From positions 1 to 58,290 of the forward strand of contig JBIQKU010000001.1 in NCBI GenBank assembly GCA_044506225.1: a stretch of 58,290 nucleotides of DNA. Reading direction: 5' to 3'. The notes under the pieces were generated by a model. It saw nothing but the letters and a program-made list of their open reading frames with translations, was not told the origin of the DNA and made no database searches. Each line of letters opens with the position of its first letter. Position 1 is the stretch's first letter. This document shows, in pieces, positions 38,287 through 48,199 of the stretch. This DNA comes from Rubrivivax sp. Lineage in GTDB: Bacteria > Pseudomonadota > Gammaproteobacteria > Burkholderiales > Burkholderiaceae_C. The translations under genes and the position numbers were made by a program.

Positions 38287-39732
38287 ATGCGACTTTCAGA
38301 ATACACGGCATTCGACGGCATCGGGCTGGCCGAGCTCGTGCGTCGCGGCGAAGTGCAGCGTCACGAGCTCGAGGCCGTTGCTGCGGCGGCGATCGAAAAG
38401 GTGAATCCGAAGATCAATGCGCTGGCTGGCCAGTGGCCTGGCGATACGCAACCTGGCGACGCGGAAGACAGTGCGGTTTTCAGCGGTGTGCCCTTTCTGA
38501 TCAAGGACATCGCCGTTCACATGAAGGGCCGGCCGACCGAATTCGGCAGCCGACTCGCCGAAGGCCTGACACCAGAACGCGACTCCTACCTCATGCGGCG
38601 GTTTCGCCGCGCAGGCCTTGTGACACTCGGTCGCACCACGTCACCGGAGATGGCCTTCAGCACCACGACAGAGTCGGTGTTCAATGGGCCCACGCGGAAC
38701 CCTTGGGACGTGACACGCAGCGCTGGGGGATCGAGCGGCGGCGCTGCGGCCGCGGTGGCCAGCGGCATGGTGCCGCTCGCACATGCAACCGATGCGGCCG
38801 GCTCTATCCGCGTGCCCGCCTCGTTGTGCGGCCTCTTCGGACTGAAGCCCACCCGAGGGCGAGTCTCCAATGGCCCGCATCTCGACGAGGTGTTCAACGG
38901 CTTCGGCACGCAGTTGGGCGTGAGCCGCACCGTGCGAGATTCGGCCGCGCTGCTCGACGCCATTCAAGGCGCCGAACCCGGTGACCCTTACAGCGCTCAT
39001 CCACCTGCATGTCGCTACCTGCAGGAGGTGATCACCGAGCCGGGACCGCTGCGCATCGGTCTGCAGATGACGGCCTGGAATGGCGCGCACCCGACCAGCG
39101 ATGTCCGCCGCGTCACCGAACAGGCGGCAAAGCTGTGCCAGGAACTGGGTCACACCGTGGTGGAGACCTCCGTGTCGCCCGGCGTGAGCTGGGACACCTT
39201 CGTCCATGCGAACGCGCAGATCTGGTGCGGCAATTTGGTCGGGTGGGTCGACGACATCGCCGCGGCCATGGGCCGCCAACCGTCGGAGAAGTTCCTCGAG
39301 CCCTCGACACTCGCCTGCTATGAGTACGGCCGCAGGGCCACCGCCGACGACTTCGCTCGAGCATTGGGCGTGCGCAATCAGGTGTCTCGTGCAGCCGCAG
39401 ACGGATTCGCCAGCATCGACCTGCTGCTCACGCCGACGATGCCGGACATCGCCCCGCCACTGGGCACCTATGAACAGGGACTGACGTCCCTCGACGGACT
39501 CGCGTGGACCCACCTGGTCTTCAAGCACGCGCCTTACATGGCGTTGTTCAACGTGGCCGGGTTTCCCGCGATGTCGGTGCCGCTGGGTGTGGGCTCGACA
39601 TCGGGCATGCCCATCGGCGTCCAGTTCGGCGCCGCGTTCGGGCGCGAGGATTTGCTTCTGCGCCTTGCAGGGCAGCTCGAGCGCGCAGCGCCCTGGCAAC
39701 AGCGCACGCCGGCAATCTGGGCCGGCCGCTGA
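38287..39732 (+). CDS. Amidase-signature (AS) family amidase
   Basis: ATG 38287 (GGAGG upstream) within ORF 37708..39732. GGSSGGAAAAVASG plus the DAAGSIRVPAS Ser-cisSer-Lys signature. Confidence 0.9.
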   Translation: MRLSEYTAFDGIGLAELVRRGEVQRHELEAVAAAAIEKVNPKINALAGQWPGDTQPGDAEDSAVFSGVPFLIKDIAVHMKGRPTEFGSRLAEGLTPERDSYLMRRFRRAGLVTLGRTTSPEMAFSTTTESVFNGPTRNPWDVTRSAGGSSGGAAAAVASGMVPLAHATDAAGSIRVPASLCGLFGLKPTRGRVSNGPHLDEVFNGFGTQLGVSRTVRDSAALLDAIQGAEPGDPYSAHPPACRYLQEVITEPGPLRIGLQMTAWNGAHPTSDVRRVTEQAAKLCQELGHTVVETSVSPGVSWDTFVHANAQIWCGNLVGWVDDIAAAMGRQPSEKFLEPSTLACYEYGRRATADDFARALGVRNQVSRAAADGFASIDLLLTPTMPDIAPPLGTYEQGLTSLDGLAWTHLVFKHAPYMALFNVAGFPAMSVPLGVGSTSGMPIGVQFGAAFGREDLLLRLAGQLERAAPWQQRTPAIWAGR

Positions 39733-39938
39733 GCTGCGACGGCCGGTCGTCCTGACCGGCCGCGCCGCCATGACATCACAGGCTCTGCCGCATCCGGCGG
39801 CGCGGAGTGGCCGTGCAGGTCGAAATTGCGCTCGACGGCCTGCTGTATCCCGTATGCCTGAACGCGCGTCTCGGCACGTCCGGTAGGTGCTCGAAACGAC
39901 GTGACATCGAAGCATCGAAAGCCCGCCGGAGCACACGT

Positions 39939-40568
39939 CTACTGCTTCTGGAATGACAAGATGTCATTGGCGTTGATGATGGCCGCTGCGATCTCTTCGG
40001 TCGTGCAACGCTTGGCCATCGCCTGCTCGCGAATCAGATCGTAGGCCCGGTTCTCATCAATCCGGTGATTGCGAATGAGGATTGTTTTCGCCTCGGCGAT
40101 TCGTCTGGCCCCGAGCAACTTGGCCTCGAGCTTGGCCACACGGCGCGCCTGCGCACGAGCGTCATCGTGTACGCGTCGCGCAACCACCAGCGTCGAAAGG
40201 ACGCCGAAGGAGCGGATCGGCGAGGGCAGTACCGCCTTGGCGCCGACGTGCAGCACCGCTTGCACAAGCGTCGGATTCTCGTAGGCCGTCACCGCGATCA
40301 TCGTGGCGGGCGCATCGTTGTGGAGCCAGTCGAATGTCATCTGGATGCTGTCTGCGTTCACGGCCAGAAAAACCACGTCCGTAGCCTCGGGCAGCTCCGC
40401 CGGCGGCGGCCAGAACGCTTGCACGTGACAGCCGATGCGCTGAATCTGCTGCGTCAACTGCCGCCCGTCCCCGTCCTGGGGAAGCAGCACGACCACACGA
40501 AGGCTGCGCAGATCCTTGAGCTGCTCGGGTGTTGCACGCTCGGTCCGACGCGTGGTGCGGTTCTGCAT
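39939..40568 (-). CDS. amiR: AmiR-type ANTAR antiterminator (receiver-like domain plus ANTAR)
   Basis: ORF 39939..40604 trimmed to MQNRTT. C-terminal ANTAR helix pattern (RRIAEAKTILIRNHRIDENRAYDLIREQAMAKR). Lies directly downstream of the amiC-like gene. Confidence 0.8.
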   Translation of the reverse strand: MQNRTTRRTERATPEQLKDLRSLRVVVLLPQDGDGRQLTQQIQRIGCHVQAFWPPPAELPEATDVVFLAVNADSIQMTFDWLHNDAPATMIAVTAYENPTLVQAVLHVGAKAVLPSPIRSFGVLSTLVVARRVHDDARAQARRVAKLEAKLLGARRIAEAKTILIRNHRIDENRAYDLIREQAMAKRCTTEEIAAAIINANDILSFQKQ

Positions 40569-40570
40569 GG

Positions 40571-41725
40571 CTAGAACGGCAAGGACTCGAGCCGGGCGGC
40601 CCAATCGCCCAACGAGTGAGTGACCATGTAGGGGTCGGGATGGACCTGGCGCCGCGCTTCGCGAACGATGGTGAACTGTCCTTGGGGATTGGCCACACCG
40701 ATGCGCGGGTACAGACAGGTGTGGTGGTTCTGTGGGTCGACGCGGACACGCCCCTGCGGCGCCTCGAACTCGCGGCCGAGGACATGGGGCATCAGTGCAC
40801 GGATGTCATCATCGCCGGACTGCCGAAAAGCCTCTGCGAACAGGTGGACCTGAAAGTAGGCAGCTTCCGAACACAGGTTCGGCATCGCCTCGTCCCCGAA
40901 CCGCTCGAAGAAGCGTTGCAGGAAGCGCAGATTGGCCGGTGACTGGATGGACTGGAAGTATGGTGCCGAGGTCACGTGCCCGGCCACCACGTCCGCGCCG
41001 GTCTGGCGGATCTCTGCCTCGGATGTCGTGAGGCTCGCTATCGGCATCGATTTCGCACTTAGACCCGCGTCGGCAAAGGCCCGATAGAGAAGCGACGTCG
41101 CATCACCGACCACGGTCGAGAAGATGAAGTCGGGTTGGGTCTGTTGAATGTCCTGCATGATGACGTCGAATTCACGCTGGGTGGCGTCGAGCGCAACGTA
41201 GCGCTCGCCCACCTTCTCGCCTCCCTGGCGCTGCTGAACCAGCTCACCCATGATGCGATTCGACTCGTACGGAAAGATGTAGTCCGAACCTACCAGGTAC
41301 ACGCGGGGACCAAACGCGGACGTCATGAACTCCGCCAGCTGGACGCTGTTCTGGTTGGGCGCAGCACCCGTATAGACCACGTTGTTCGAGAACTCGAAAC
41401 CTTCGTAGAGCGTGGGGTAGAACAGCACGCAGTTGCGACTCTCCACGACAGGCAGCACGGCCTTGCGCGTGCTCGACATGTAGCACCCGAAGATCACGCT
41501 GACCTTGTCCTCCACGATCATGCGCTCGGCTATCTGCGCATAGAGGGACGGCGTCGACTTGGCATCGTGGTGCACGCCCACCAGCTCCCGCCCCTCGAGC
41601 CCGCCGTTCGCATTGACCTCGTCGATCGCCAGCATGGTGCCCTGCAACATCGAGCGCCCCAGCGTCGAGGTCACCCCGCTGTCCGAGAACAGCACGCCCA
41701 CACGCACAGGATCCTTGTTTGCCAC
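40571..41725 (-). CDS. amiC: AmiC-type cytoplasmic amide sensor (LivJ-fold negative regulator of AmiR)
   Basis: ORF 40571..41725 (384 aa). No signal peptide. Periplasmic-binding-protein type I fold (VRVGVLFSDSGVTS...AIDEVNANGG). Confidence 0.8.
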   Translation of the reverse strand: MANKDPVRVGVLFSDSGVTSTLGRSMLQGTMLAIDEVNANGGLEGRELVGVHHDAKSTPSLYAQIAERMIVEDKVSVIFGCYMSSTRKAVLPVVESRNCVLFYPTLYEGFEFSNNVVYTGAAPNQNSVQLAEFMTSAFGPRVYLVGSDYIFPYESNRIMGELVQQRQGGEKVGERYVALDATQREFDVIMQDIQQTQPDFIFSTVVGDATSLLYRAFADAGLSAKSMPIASLTTSEAEIRQTGADVVAGHVTSAPYFQSIQSPANLRFLQRFFERFGDEAMPNLCSEAAYFQVHLFAEAFRQSGDDDIRALMPHVLGREFEAPQGRVRVDPQNHHTCLYPRIGVANPQGQFTIVREARRQVHPDPYMVTHSLGDWAARLESLPF

Positions 41726-41786
41726 GGTGCAACATGAGCGCAGACGCGAGGCGTCGTTGCTCTTCTCCAGAAACGGGGTTGAAAAG

Positions 41787-43436
41787 TCAACGCATGGTCA
41801 GTCGCCGGTAGACGCGGCGCAACTGCAGTGTCAGGTCTCGAACGTTGTGGACGCTTGCGAAGCCATCGCGGCCGAAGAGGCGCCGCGCATCCTCGGAAAT
41901 TCTGGGCGCCGCCTCCTCGTTTCCGGCAATGACCAGGCCGAAAACCAGGACACCTCGATCGTGGCTCTCCCGCACGGCGCGTCGTGCGTCCTCGACGAGG
42001 TACCGGTCGTCGTGGACATCGACGTCGGAGGGTGTGCCATCGGTGATCACCACGATACCGTGGTGATCCGCGGTGTCCTCGGCGAACTGGGACGCTGCGT
42101 GCCGCAAGGCGGCACCCAAACGCGTCGAATGTTGGGCGCGAACGCTCAGCAGCCTCCTGGCAGTGTCGGTATCCAGCTCGTTGCCACCTTCCAGAAGGCG
42201 CCAGTACGACACCGCGTCGCGGGTGTCCGACGAGAAGCCGTGCACCGCAACACGATCGCCTGCAGCCCGGATGGCACCTGTCATCGACAGCGCAGCGGCG
42301 ATCTCCACCGACAGTACCGTGTCGCCGGAGGCCCGCCGGTCGTTGGTCGATTCCGACAGGTCCAGCAGCAACAGGATCGAAGAAGAACGTTCGCGGCGAC
42401 CTGGCCGCTTGAAGGTGCGCGGATCGAGTTGGGCACCCTGCCGACGCTCGACCATCGCCGTCACAGCGGCGTTCAGGTCGATATCGTCACCCTCGGGCTG
42501 GCGCCACAACGGCCTGCGGCGCGCCAGCATTCCACCCCGCTGCAGCACGATGCGCTGAAGGCGCTCGCTCGCCGACGGGTCAGGGATGCCATCGGCCGCT
42601 TCGCAGAACTCGGCGGGCTTGTCGATCACGGTGCACCAGTCCGTCCGATACGTTTCGAGCCGCGCGTCCCACTCCGGGTAGACCGTACGAGTCAGCTCGA
42701 TGCGTGCGGACGTCGAGGCGTCTTCGTGCGGGGTCGCTGGGTGCGACGTCTTGCGGGCCGCACCCACTCCGATCGATCGCTCCGGATTGTCCTCCGTCGT
42801 CGCGTGCTGCCAAAGATAGCTGTTGTCGTCGCGGTAGCTCGGCCACGGTCCGTATGCGCTGGGATCGAAGCGCACGCGCATCTGCCCGAGGTCATTGGCG
42901 AGCACGGACGCCAGCCGGCGGAAGGCGTCGTAGTCGTGCAGGTCGCGCGCTGCAGCTTCGAAGAGCGATCGTCCCTTGTCGACCCAGTGGTTGTCGTCGG
43001 GACACGTCGGGTCGGCGAGCACCCGGGAGAGACGCGCGAGCAAGCCCGCAAAGCTCAACTCACCCGGAGGTCTCGGTCCCCTCAACGCCTCGTCGAACCA
43101 TGCCCGAGCGCCAGGAAATTGCTTGCCGAACAATCGTTCGACCCGTTCGTCCTCGAGACTCGAGACGATCGCCACGGTCATCGGCTTGAGGCCTTTGGAC
43201 GGGAGCCCTTGCGGCGAGAAGCGGAGGTGTGCGCACGCATGAGCCACCGCGGCAGCAGCCTCCACCGAGTCCTGCCGTGGGAGCAGCAAGTGGTTCGGCG
43301 TCAGCACCGGGCGCGGCGGCCGATCCCCCGCCGCCTTGCCTGGATCCAGGCGTTCGACGGACACCCGCTGCTCGCTGAGCCCGCCAAGCAGCAGGCCCAG
43401 TGGCGCAAGGCCATCGGACTCGGGGCGAGCTTGCAT
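41787..43436 (-). CDS. VWA-domain protein of the NorD/CbbO type
   Basis: ORF 41787..43484 trimmed to MQARPES (43436). C-terminal VWA domain (ILLLLDLSESTND ... VVITDGTPSD) follows a long helical N-terminal region. Confidence 0.7.
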   Translation of the reverse strand: MQARPESDGLAPLGLLLGGLSEQRVSVERLDPGKAAGDRPPRPVLTPNHLLLPRQDSVEAAAAVAHACAHLRFSPQGLPSKGLKPMTVAIVSSLEDERVERLFGKQFPGARAWFDEALRGPRPPGELSFAGLLARLSRVLADPTCPDDNHWVDKGRSLFEAAARDLHDYDAFRRLASVLANDLGQMRVRFDPSAYGPWPSYRDDNSYLWQHATTEDNPERSIGVGAARKTSHPATPHEDASTSARIELTRTVYPEWDARLETYRTDWCTVIDKPAEFCEAADGIPDPSASERLQRIVLQRGGMLARRRPLWRQPEGDDIDLNAAVTAMVERRQGAQLDPRTFKRPGRRERSSSILLLLDLSESTNDRRASGDTVLSVEIAAALSMTGAIRAAGDRVAVHGFSSDTRDAVSYWRLLEGGNELDTDTARRLLSVRAQHSTRLGAALRHAASQFAEDTADHHGIVVITDGTPSDVDVHDDRYLVEDARRAVRESHDRGVLVFGLVIAGNEEAAPRISEDARRLFGRDGFASVHNVRDLTLQLRRVYRRLTMR

Positions 43437-43446
43437 TGCGGTCACG

Positions 43447-44265
43447 TCATGCTGCGGCGCGCCGCCCGAATTGCGCCTCGACAAACCCGCTGATCGCCGA
43501 CACCACGTCCGCGTCGTCCGAAAGGGCCTGAGTCATCGTGGCCTCGCAGGCATCCCATGCAGAGGCGCCGGAGCGCATGAGGAGCGCCGTGTAGATCAGC
43601 ATCCGTGTGCATACGCCCTCATCGACGCCTCGATCCTTGAGTTCACGCGTGCAACGCGCAACACGAACCAGTTGCAGCGCGAGGTCGCGATCGATCGCCG
43701 CTTCATGTGCCACGATTTCCGCCTCACGCGACTCATCCGGGTAGTCGAAGCAGAGCGCGGCAAATCGCTGACGCGTCGATGGTTTCAGGTCTTTGGTCCG
43801 GCTCTGGTAGCCCGGGTTGTACGAGACGATCAGCTGAAAGTCCGGATGCGCCGGGACGGTCTCGCCTTTCTTGTCCAGTGGCAGGATGCGGCGCGCGTCG
43901 GTCAGCGGATGGATGACGACAGTTGTGTCCTGCCGCGCTTCCACGACCTCGTCCAGGTAGCAGATGGCGCCCTGGCGCACCGCCGTCGTCAGGGGACCGT
44001 CGTGCCAGGTGGTCCCGGTTGCATCGAGCAGGAAACGCCCGACCAGATCCGACGCCGTGAGGTCCTCGTTGCAGGCCACGGTGATCAGCGGCCGGCGCAG
44101 GCGCCACGCCATGTATTCGACGAACCGCGTCTTGCCGCAGCCGGTGGGGCCCTTCAGCAACATGGGCATGCGGTGCCGGTGGGCCTGCTCGAAGAGTTTC
44201 ACCTCGTCGCGGGAGGGGCTGTAGTACGGCTGATCCCGAATGATGTGCTCAGCCAACTGGGCCAT
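43447..44265 (-). CDS. CbbQ/NirQ/NorQ-type (MoxR-class) AAA+ ATPase, AmiB-like
   Basis: ORF 43447..44373 trimmed to MAQLAEH (44265). Walker A GPTGCGKT, Walker B ICYLDEV, PDFQLIVSYNP block. Confidence 0.85.
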   Translation of the reverse strand: MAQLAEHIIRDQPYYSPSRDEVKLFEQAHRHRMPMLLKGPTGCGKTRFVEYMAWRLRRPLITVACNEDLTASDLVGRFLLDATGTTWHDGPLTTAVRQGAICYLDEVVEARQDTTVVIHPLTDARRILPLDKKGETVPAHPDFQLIVSYNPGYQSRTKDLKPSTRQRFAALCFDYPDESREAEIVAHEAAIDRDLALQLVRVARCTRELKDRGVDEGVCTRMLIYTALLMRSGASAWDACEATMTQALSDDADVVSAISGFVEAQFGRRAAA

Positions 44266-44483
44266 CAGGTGCCCCCTGCGCCAGCGGTCGCATTCAGGCG
44301 CTGCGCGAGCTGCTGTGCGATGGCTCGGCTCCTGCATTCGGCCAGCACGGCGCCCTCTTCGACCAGACACCACAACTGACGCCGAACAGTGCCTTGACGA
44401 TCACCCCACCCATACTTGCGGGCCAGGAAGCCCGGCAATTCACCGGTGCGCGACACCTCGCGCTTTTCGATCCGATAGCACAT
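44265..44483 (-). CDS. Hypothetical small protein (72 aa) between amiE and the AAA+ gene
   Basis: C-terminal part of ORF 44265..44669. ATG 44483 is preceded by a strong AAGGAGGAAAC. The stop shares a base with the next ATG. Confidence 0.55.
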   Translation of the reverse strand: MCYRIEKREVSRTGELPGFLARKYGWGDRQGTVRRQLWCLVEEGAVLAECRSRAIAQQLAQRLNATAGAGGT

Positions 44484-44551
44484 GTTTCCTCCTTGCTGCC
44501 TGGAAGCCTCGGAGACGGCGCGCCTCGAATGCATGAGGCGCGCTGCCTTGA

Positions 44552-45589
44552 TCAGCGGTGACGCGGCGCTTCGTTTGGAATACCGTCGATCGGGCATTCG
44601 GGCGATCCCGCCGTCGTGCGCGTGAGGGCCTCGACCATCTTGCGCGTGCCTTCCGGGTCCTTGATCCACTTGTCGTAGAACTCATACGGACTCCGGGCCA
44701 CGCCTTCGGCGCCCTCGCCGGAGTTGATCTTCCCCGTGTAGCCGCGATGCAGCAGCTTGAAGAGAAAGTTGTTCGACTGCGAGTTCTTGCGTGCGTCGCG
44801 GATCGCGCTCACGGACAGTTCGGCGAACTGCACGCCCATTTCCTCGGTCCCGCATTCACCCAGGCTGCGACCGTCGAAGCCGGTGATGCTGGAATGACCG
44901 AAGTACGAATACACGCCGTCGAAGCCTGTGGCGTTGGCGACCGCGACGTAGACGTTGTTCATCCAAGCCATGGTCTTCGCCACCATGATCTGCTGTTCCT
45001 TGGCCGGGTACATGTAGCCTTGGCAGCGCACGATGAGTTCGGCGCCGCGCATGGCGCAGTCACGCCAAATCTCCGGGAAGTTGCCGTCGTCGCAGATGAT
45101 CAGGCTGATCTTCATGCCCTTCGGCCCTTCGGACACGTAGGTGCAGTTGCCCGGGTACCAGCCTTCGATGGGTACCCAGGGCATGATCTTGCGGTACTTC
45201 TGGACGATCTCGCCCTTGTTGTTCATCAGGATCAGCGTGTTGTAGGGCGCCTTGTTCGGATGATCCTCATGCCGCTCGCCGGTCAGCGAGAACACGCCCC
45301 ACACGTTGGCCTTGCGGCACGCCGCCGCGAAGATCTCGGTCTCGTCTCCCGGGATCACGGACGCCGTTTCGTACATCTCCTTGGCGTCGTACATGATTCC
45401 ATGGGTCGAGTACTCCGGGAAAACGACGAGGTCCATCCCCGGGAAGCCTTGTTTCATGCCGACGACCATGTCGGCGATCTTGCGGCAGTTGTCCATCACC
45501 TCCTTTCGCGTGTGCAGCCGCGGCATCTTGTAGTTGACGACAGCCACACCGACGGTGTCGTTGCTGCTGGTGATATCTCCGTGTCTCAT
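44552..45589 (-). CDS. amiE: Aliphatic amidase (nitrilase superfamily, acylamide amidohydrolase)
   Basis: ORF 44552..45589 (345 aa). Near-colinear with my recollection of Pseudomonas AmiE ([26 protein letters not shown]..., [35 protein letters not shown]). Confidence 0.95.
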   Translation of the reverse strand: MRHGDITSSNDTVGVAVVNYKMPRLHTRKEVMDNCRKIADMVVGMKQGFPGMDLVVFPEYSTHGIMYDAKEMYETASVIPGDETEIFAAACRKANVWGVFSLTGERHEDHPNKAPYNTLILMNNKGEIVQKYRKIMPWVPIEGWYPGNCTYVSEGPKGMKISLIICDDGNFPEIWRDCAMRGAELIVRCQGYMYPAKEQQIMVAKTMAWMNNVYVAVANATGFDGVYSYFGHSSITGFDGRSLGECGTEEMGVQFAELSVSAIRDARKNSQSNNFLFKLLHRGYTGKINSGEGAEGVARSPYEFYDKWIKDPEGTRKMVEALTRTTAGSPECPIDGIPNEAPRHR

Positions 45590-45619
45590 GTCGATCTCCT
45601 ATGGGTGAAAGTTGCAGAT

Positions 45620-46309
45620 TCAGATCGTCAGGTAGGACCTGACCTTGTCATGGTCGAGCGTCGCGCGGGCCTCCTCGTGCACGATTCGACCGCCATCGAT
45701 GACGAGGAAACGGTCGCCGAGTTCGAGCGCGAAGCTCAACACCTGTTCGGAGACGACCACCGCGAAACGCCGCTGCTTGCGCAACGCGTTCAGGGTGTGA
45801 GCGATCTCCTTGATGATGGAAGGCTGGATGCCTTCCGTGGGTTCGTCGAGGATCAAAACCTTGGGGTCGGACACCAGCGCGCGGGCGATCGCCAGTTGCT
45901 GCTGCTGCCCGCCCGACAGATGCCCGCCCGCGCGTGAGCGCAAGTCCTTGAGGGCCGGTAGGAACTCGAAGATGTAGTCGGGCACCTCGCGGTGTCCGGA
46001 CAGTTCGCAGCCGGTGAGGATGTTCTGCTCGACCGTCAGGTGCGGAAACACCATTCGACCCTGAGGCACGAACGCGAGGCCGTGCGCAACCCGCTTGTGG
46101 CTCGGCACGCGCTGCAATTCGTGGCCGTCGATCTCGATGCTGCCGGAACGCACCGGCAACATGCCGATCAGCGCCTTCAGCAAAGTCGTCTTTCCCATGC
46201 CGTTGCGCCCCATGATCGCGACAGACTCTTCCCGAGCGACGTCGAAGGAGATGTCGCGAATCGCCTGCGATTCGCGGTAGTAGACGTTCAGATTTCGGAC
46301 CTTCAACAT
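45620..46309 (-). CDS. urtE: Urt-type (urea/short-chain amide) ABC transporter ATP-binding subunit E
   Basis: ORF 45620..46309. GRNGMGKTT, LSGGQQQQL, LILDEPTEGIQPSII. Confidence 0.85.
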   Translation of the reverse strand: MLKVRNLNVYYRESQAIRDISFDVAREESVAIMGRNGMGKTTLLKALIGMLPVRSGSIEIDGHELQRVPSHKRVAHGLAFVPQGRMVFPHLTVEQNILTGCELSGHREVPDYIFEFLPALKDLRSRAGGHLSGGQQQQLAIARALVSDPKVLILDEPTEGIQPSIIKEIAHTLNALRKQRRFAVVVSEQVLSFALELGDRFLVIDGGRIVHEEARATLDHDKVRSYLTI

Positions 46310-46321
46310 CGCGGCGGCTCC

Positions 46322-47122
46322 TCAATGACCCAGATAGACGTCGATGACCCGCGGGTCGGACTGCACCGCATCGACGGATCCCTCGCTGAGAACCTTGCCC
46401 TGATGCAACACGGTCACCTTGCGCGCGATCCGCTTCACGAAGTCCATGTCGTGTTCGATGACGACCACCGATTTGCCCCTTGCAACCCGCGTGAGCAACT
46501 CGGCGGTGAGTTCGCGCTCGCGCGGACTCATTCCGGCAACCGGCTCGTCGAGCAGGAGAAGCTGCGGCGACTGCATCAGCAGCATGCCGATCTCCAGCCA
46601 TTGCTTTTGGCCGTGGCTCAACTGGCCGGCCTTGCGGTCAAGGTGCGCGTCCAGGAAGACGTCGCGGGACGTTTGCTGGACGACGTGCATGACGCGGTCG
46701 TTGCGCCGAAAGAGCATCGAGCCCCACATGCCCCGGCCTCCCGGCACCGAGATCTCGAGGTTCTCGATGACGCTCAGATCCTCGTAGACCGAGGGTGTCT
46801 GGAACTTGCGACCGATGCCTGCGCGCACGATCCGGTGTTCCGGAAGGCCGACGATGTCGTGCCCGTTGAAGACGATGCGTCCGGCGCTGGGCTTCGTCTT
46901 GCCGCAGATCATGTCCAGCAAGGTCGTCTTGCCGGCGCCGTTCGGGCCGATGATGACGCGCAGCTCGGATGGCTCAATCGACAGCGTGACGCCGTCCACG
47001 GCGCGGAATCCACCAAACGACACGGACAGGCGTTCCAGTTCGAGGACGGCGGGCGCCACTCCCGGCGACGAAGCGGGTACCGACATGGCGGCACCCAGGT
47101 TCACGTGGTCGGGCGCGTTCAT
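46322..47122 (-). CDS. urtD: Urt-type ABC transporter ATP-binding subunit D
   Basis: ORF 46322..47455 trimmed to MNAPDH (47122, ATGA overlap with the permease stop). GPNGAGKTT, LSHGQKQWLEIGM, LLLDEP. Confidence 0.85.
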   Translation of the reverse strand: MNAPDHVNLGAAMSVPASSPGVAPAVLELERLSVSFGGFRAVDGVTLSIEPSELRVIIGPNGAGKTTLLDMICGKTKPSAGRIVFNGHDIVGLPEHRIVRAGIGRKFQTPSVYEDLSVIENLEISVPGGRGMWGSMLFRRNDRVMHVVQQTSRDVFLDAHLDRKAGQLSHGQKQWLEIGMLLMQSPQLLLLDEPVAGMSPRERELTAELLTRVARGKSVVVIEHDMDFVKRIARKVTVLHQGKVLSEGSVDAVQSDPRVIDVYLGH

Positions 47123-48165
47123 CGCTGAATCCCGGCGGGGGCTGGCGAGCGCCGGCGGCTGGTGACGAGACCGGCGAGCCCCATGGGCATGACGGCCACG
47201 ACTCCGATGAAAAGAGCGCCCAGCAGATACAGCCAGGACTCCGGAAAAGACTCTGACAGAACCGACTTCAACGTGCCGACGAGGAGTGCACCCACGACGG
47301 CGCCGGCAATTGACAGTCGCCCACCCAGCGCGGCGAAGATCACCATCTCGATCGACGAAACCACGCCGATCAAGGACGGAGAGACCAGCCCAACCTGCAG
47401 GCAGTAGAGCGCACCGCCGATGGCGGCGAAGGCGGCGCCAAGCATGAAGACACACGCCTTCAGGTGAGCGGTGTCATAGCCACTGAACCGCACCCGGTTC
47501 TCGCTGTCGCGGATTGCCACCAACACCTTGCCGAAGCGGGTGCGCAAGATGCCCACGGACACGAACATCACGGCAACCAGGATCGCGACTTCGGCGAGGT
47601 AGAGCCTCTGCTTCGATGCGTCACCGACGATGTCGTGGCCGAGCAACGTGCGGAAATCGGTGATGCCGTTCGCGCCGCCCGTCTCGCCTTGCTGCCCGAC
47701 GATGAGGACCGTCAAGGTAAGCGCGAGCGCGAGCGTCACGATCGCGAAGTAGACGCCGCCGACCCGCTTGCGAAACACGGCGTACGAGAAGGCATAGGCG
47801 ACGGCCGCCGGAATCACAAGAATGAACGCGAGCGTCCACGGCAGGCTCTCGAACGGCCGCCACCACGAAGGGAGCTGCTCGACGCTGCTCCAGACCATGA
47901 AGTCTGGCAGTTCAGGCGCAGAAGCCTCCAGCTTGAGTCGCATGGCCATCATGTAGCCGCCGAGCCCGAAGAAGATCCCCTGTCCAAGGCTCAGGATGCC
48001 GCCGTGCCCCCACGTCAGCACGATGCCGACTGCGACAAATGCGAGCGCGACGTACTTGCCCAGCATCGACAGTCGAAACGGATCGAGCACGAGAGGCATC
48101 GCGAGCAGGAGCGCTGTGACCAGCAAAACGCCAGTGAGGTCGGAGCGAGGAATGAAGCGGCTCAT
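47119..48165 (-). CDS. urtC: Urt-type ABC transporter permease C (LivM-like)
   Basis: ORF 47119..48165 (348 aa). Polytopic, branched-chain-type permease blocks (GILSLGQGIFFGLGGY). Confidence 0.85.
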   Translation of the reverse strand: MSRFIPRSDLTGVLLVTALLLAMPLVLDPFRLSMLGKYVALAFVAVGIVLTWGHGGILSLGQGIFFGLGGYMMAMRLKLEASAPELPDFMVWSSVEQLPSWWRPFESLPWTLAFILVIPAAVAYAFSYAVFRKRVGGVYFAIVTLALALTLTVLIVGQQGETGGANGITDFRTLLGHDIVGDASKQRLYLAEVAILVAVMFVSVGILRTRFGKVLVAIRDSENRVRFSGYDTAHLKACVFMLGAAFAAIGGALYCLQVGLVSPSLIGVVSSIEMVIFAALGGRLSIAGAVVGALLVGTLKSVLSESFPESWLYLLGALFIGVVAVMPMGLAGLVTSRRRSPAPAGIQR

Positions 48166-48199
48166 AGGTCTTGCCCGTTCAGTTCGCAGGGGCTGGTTG

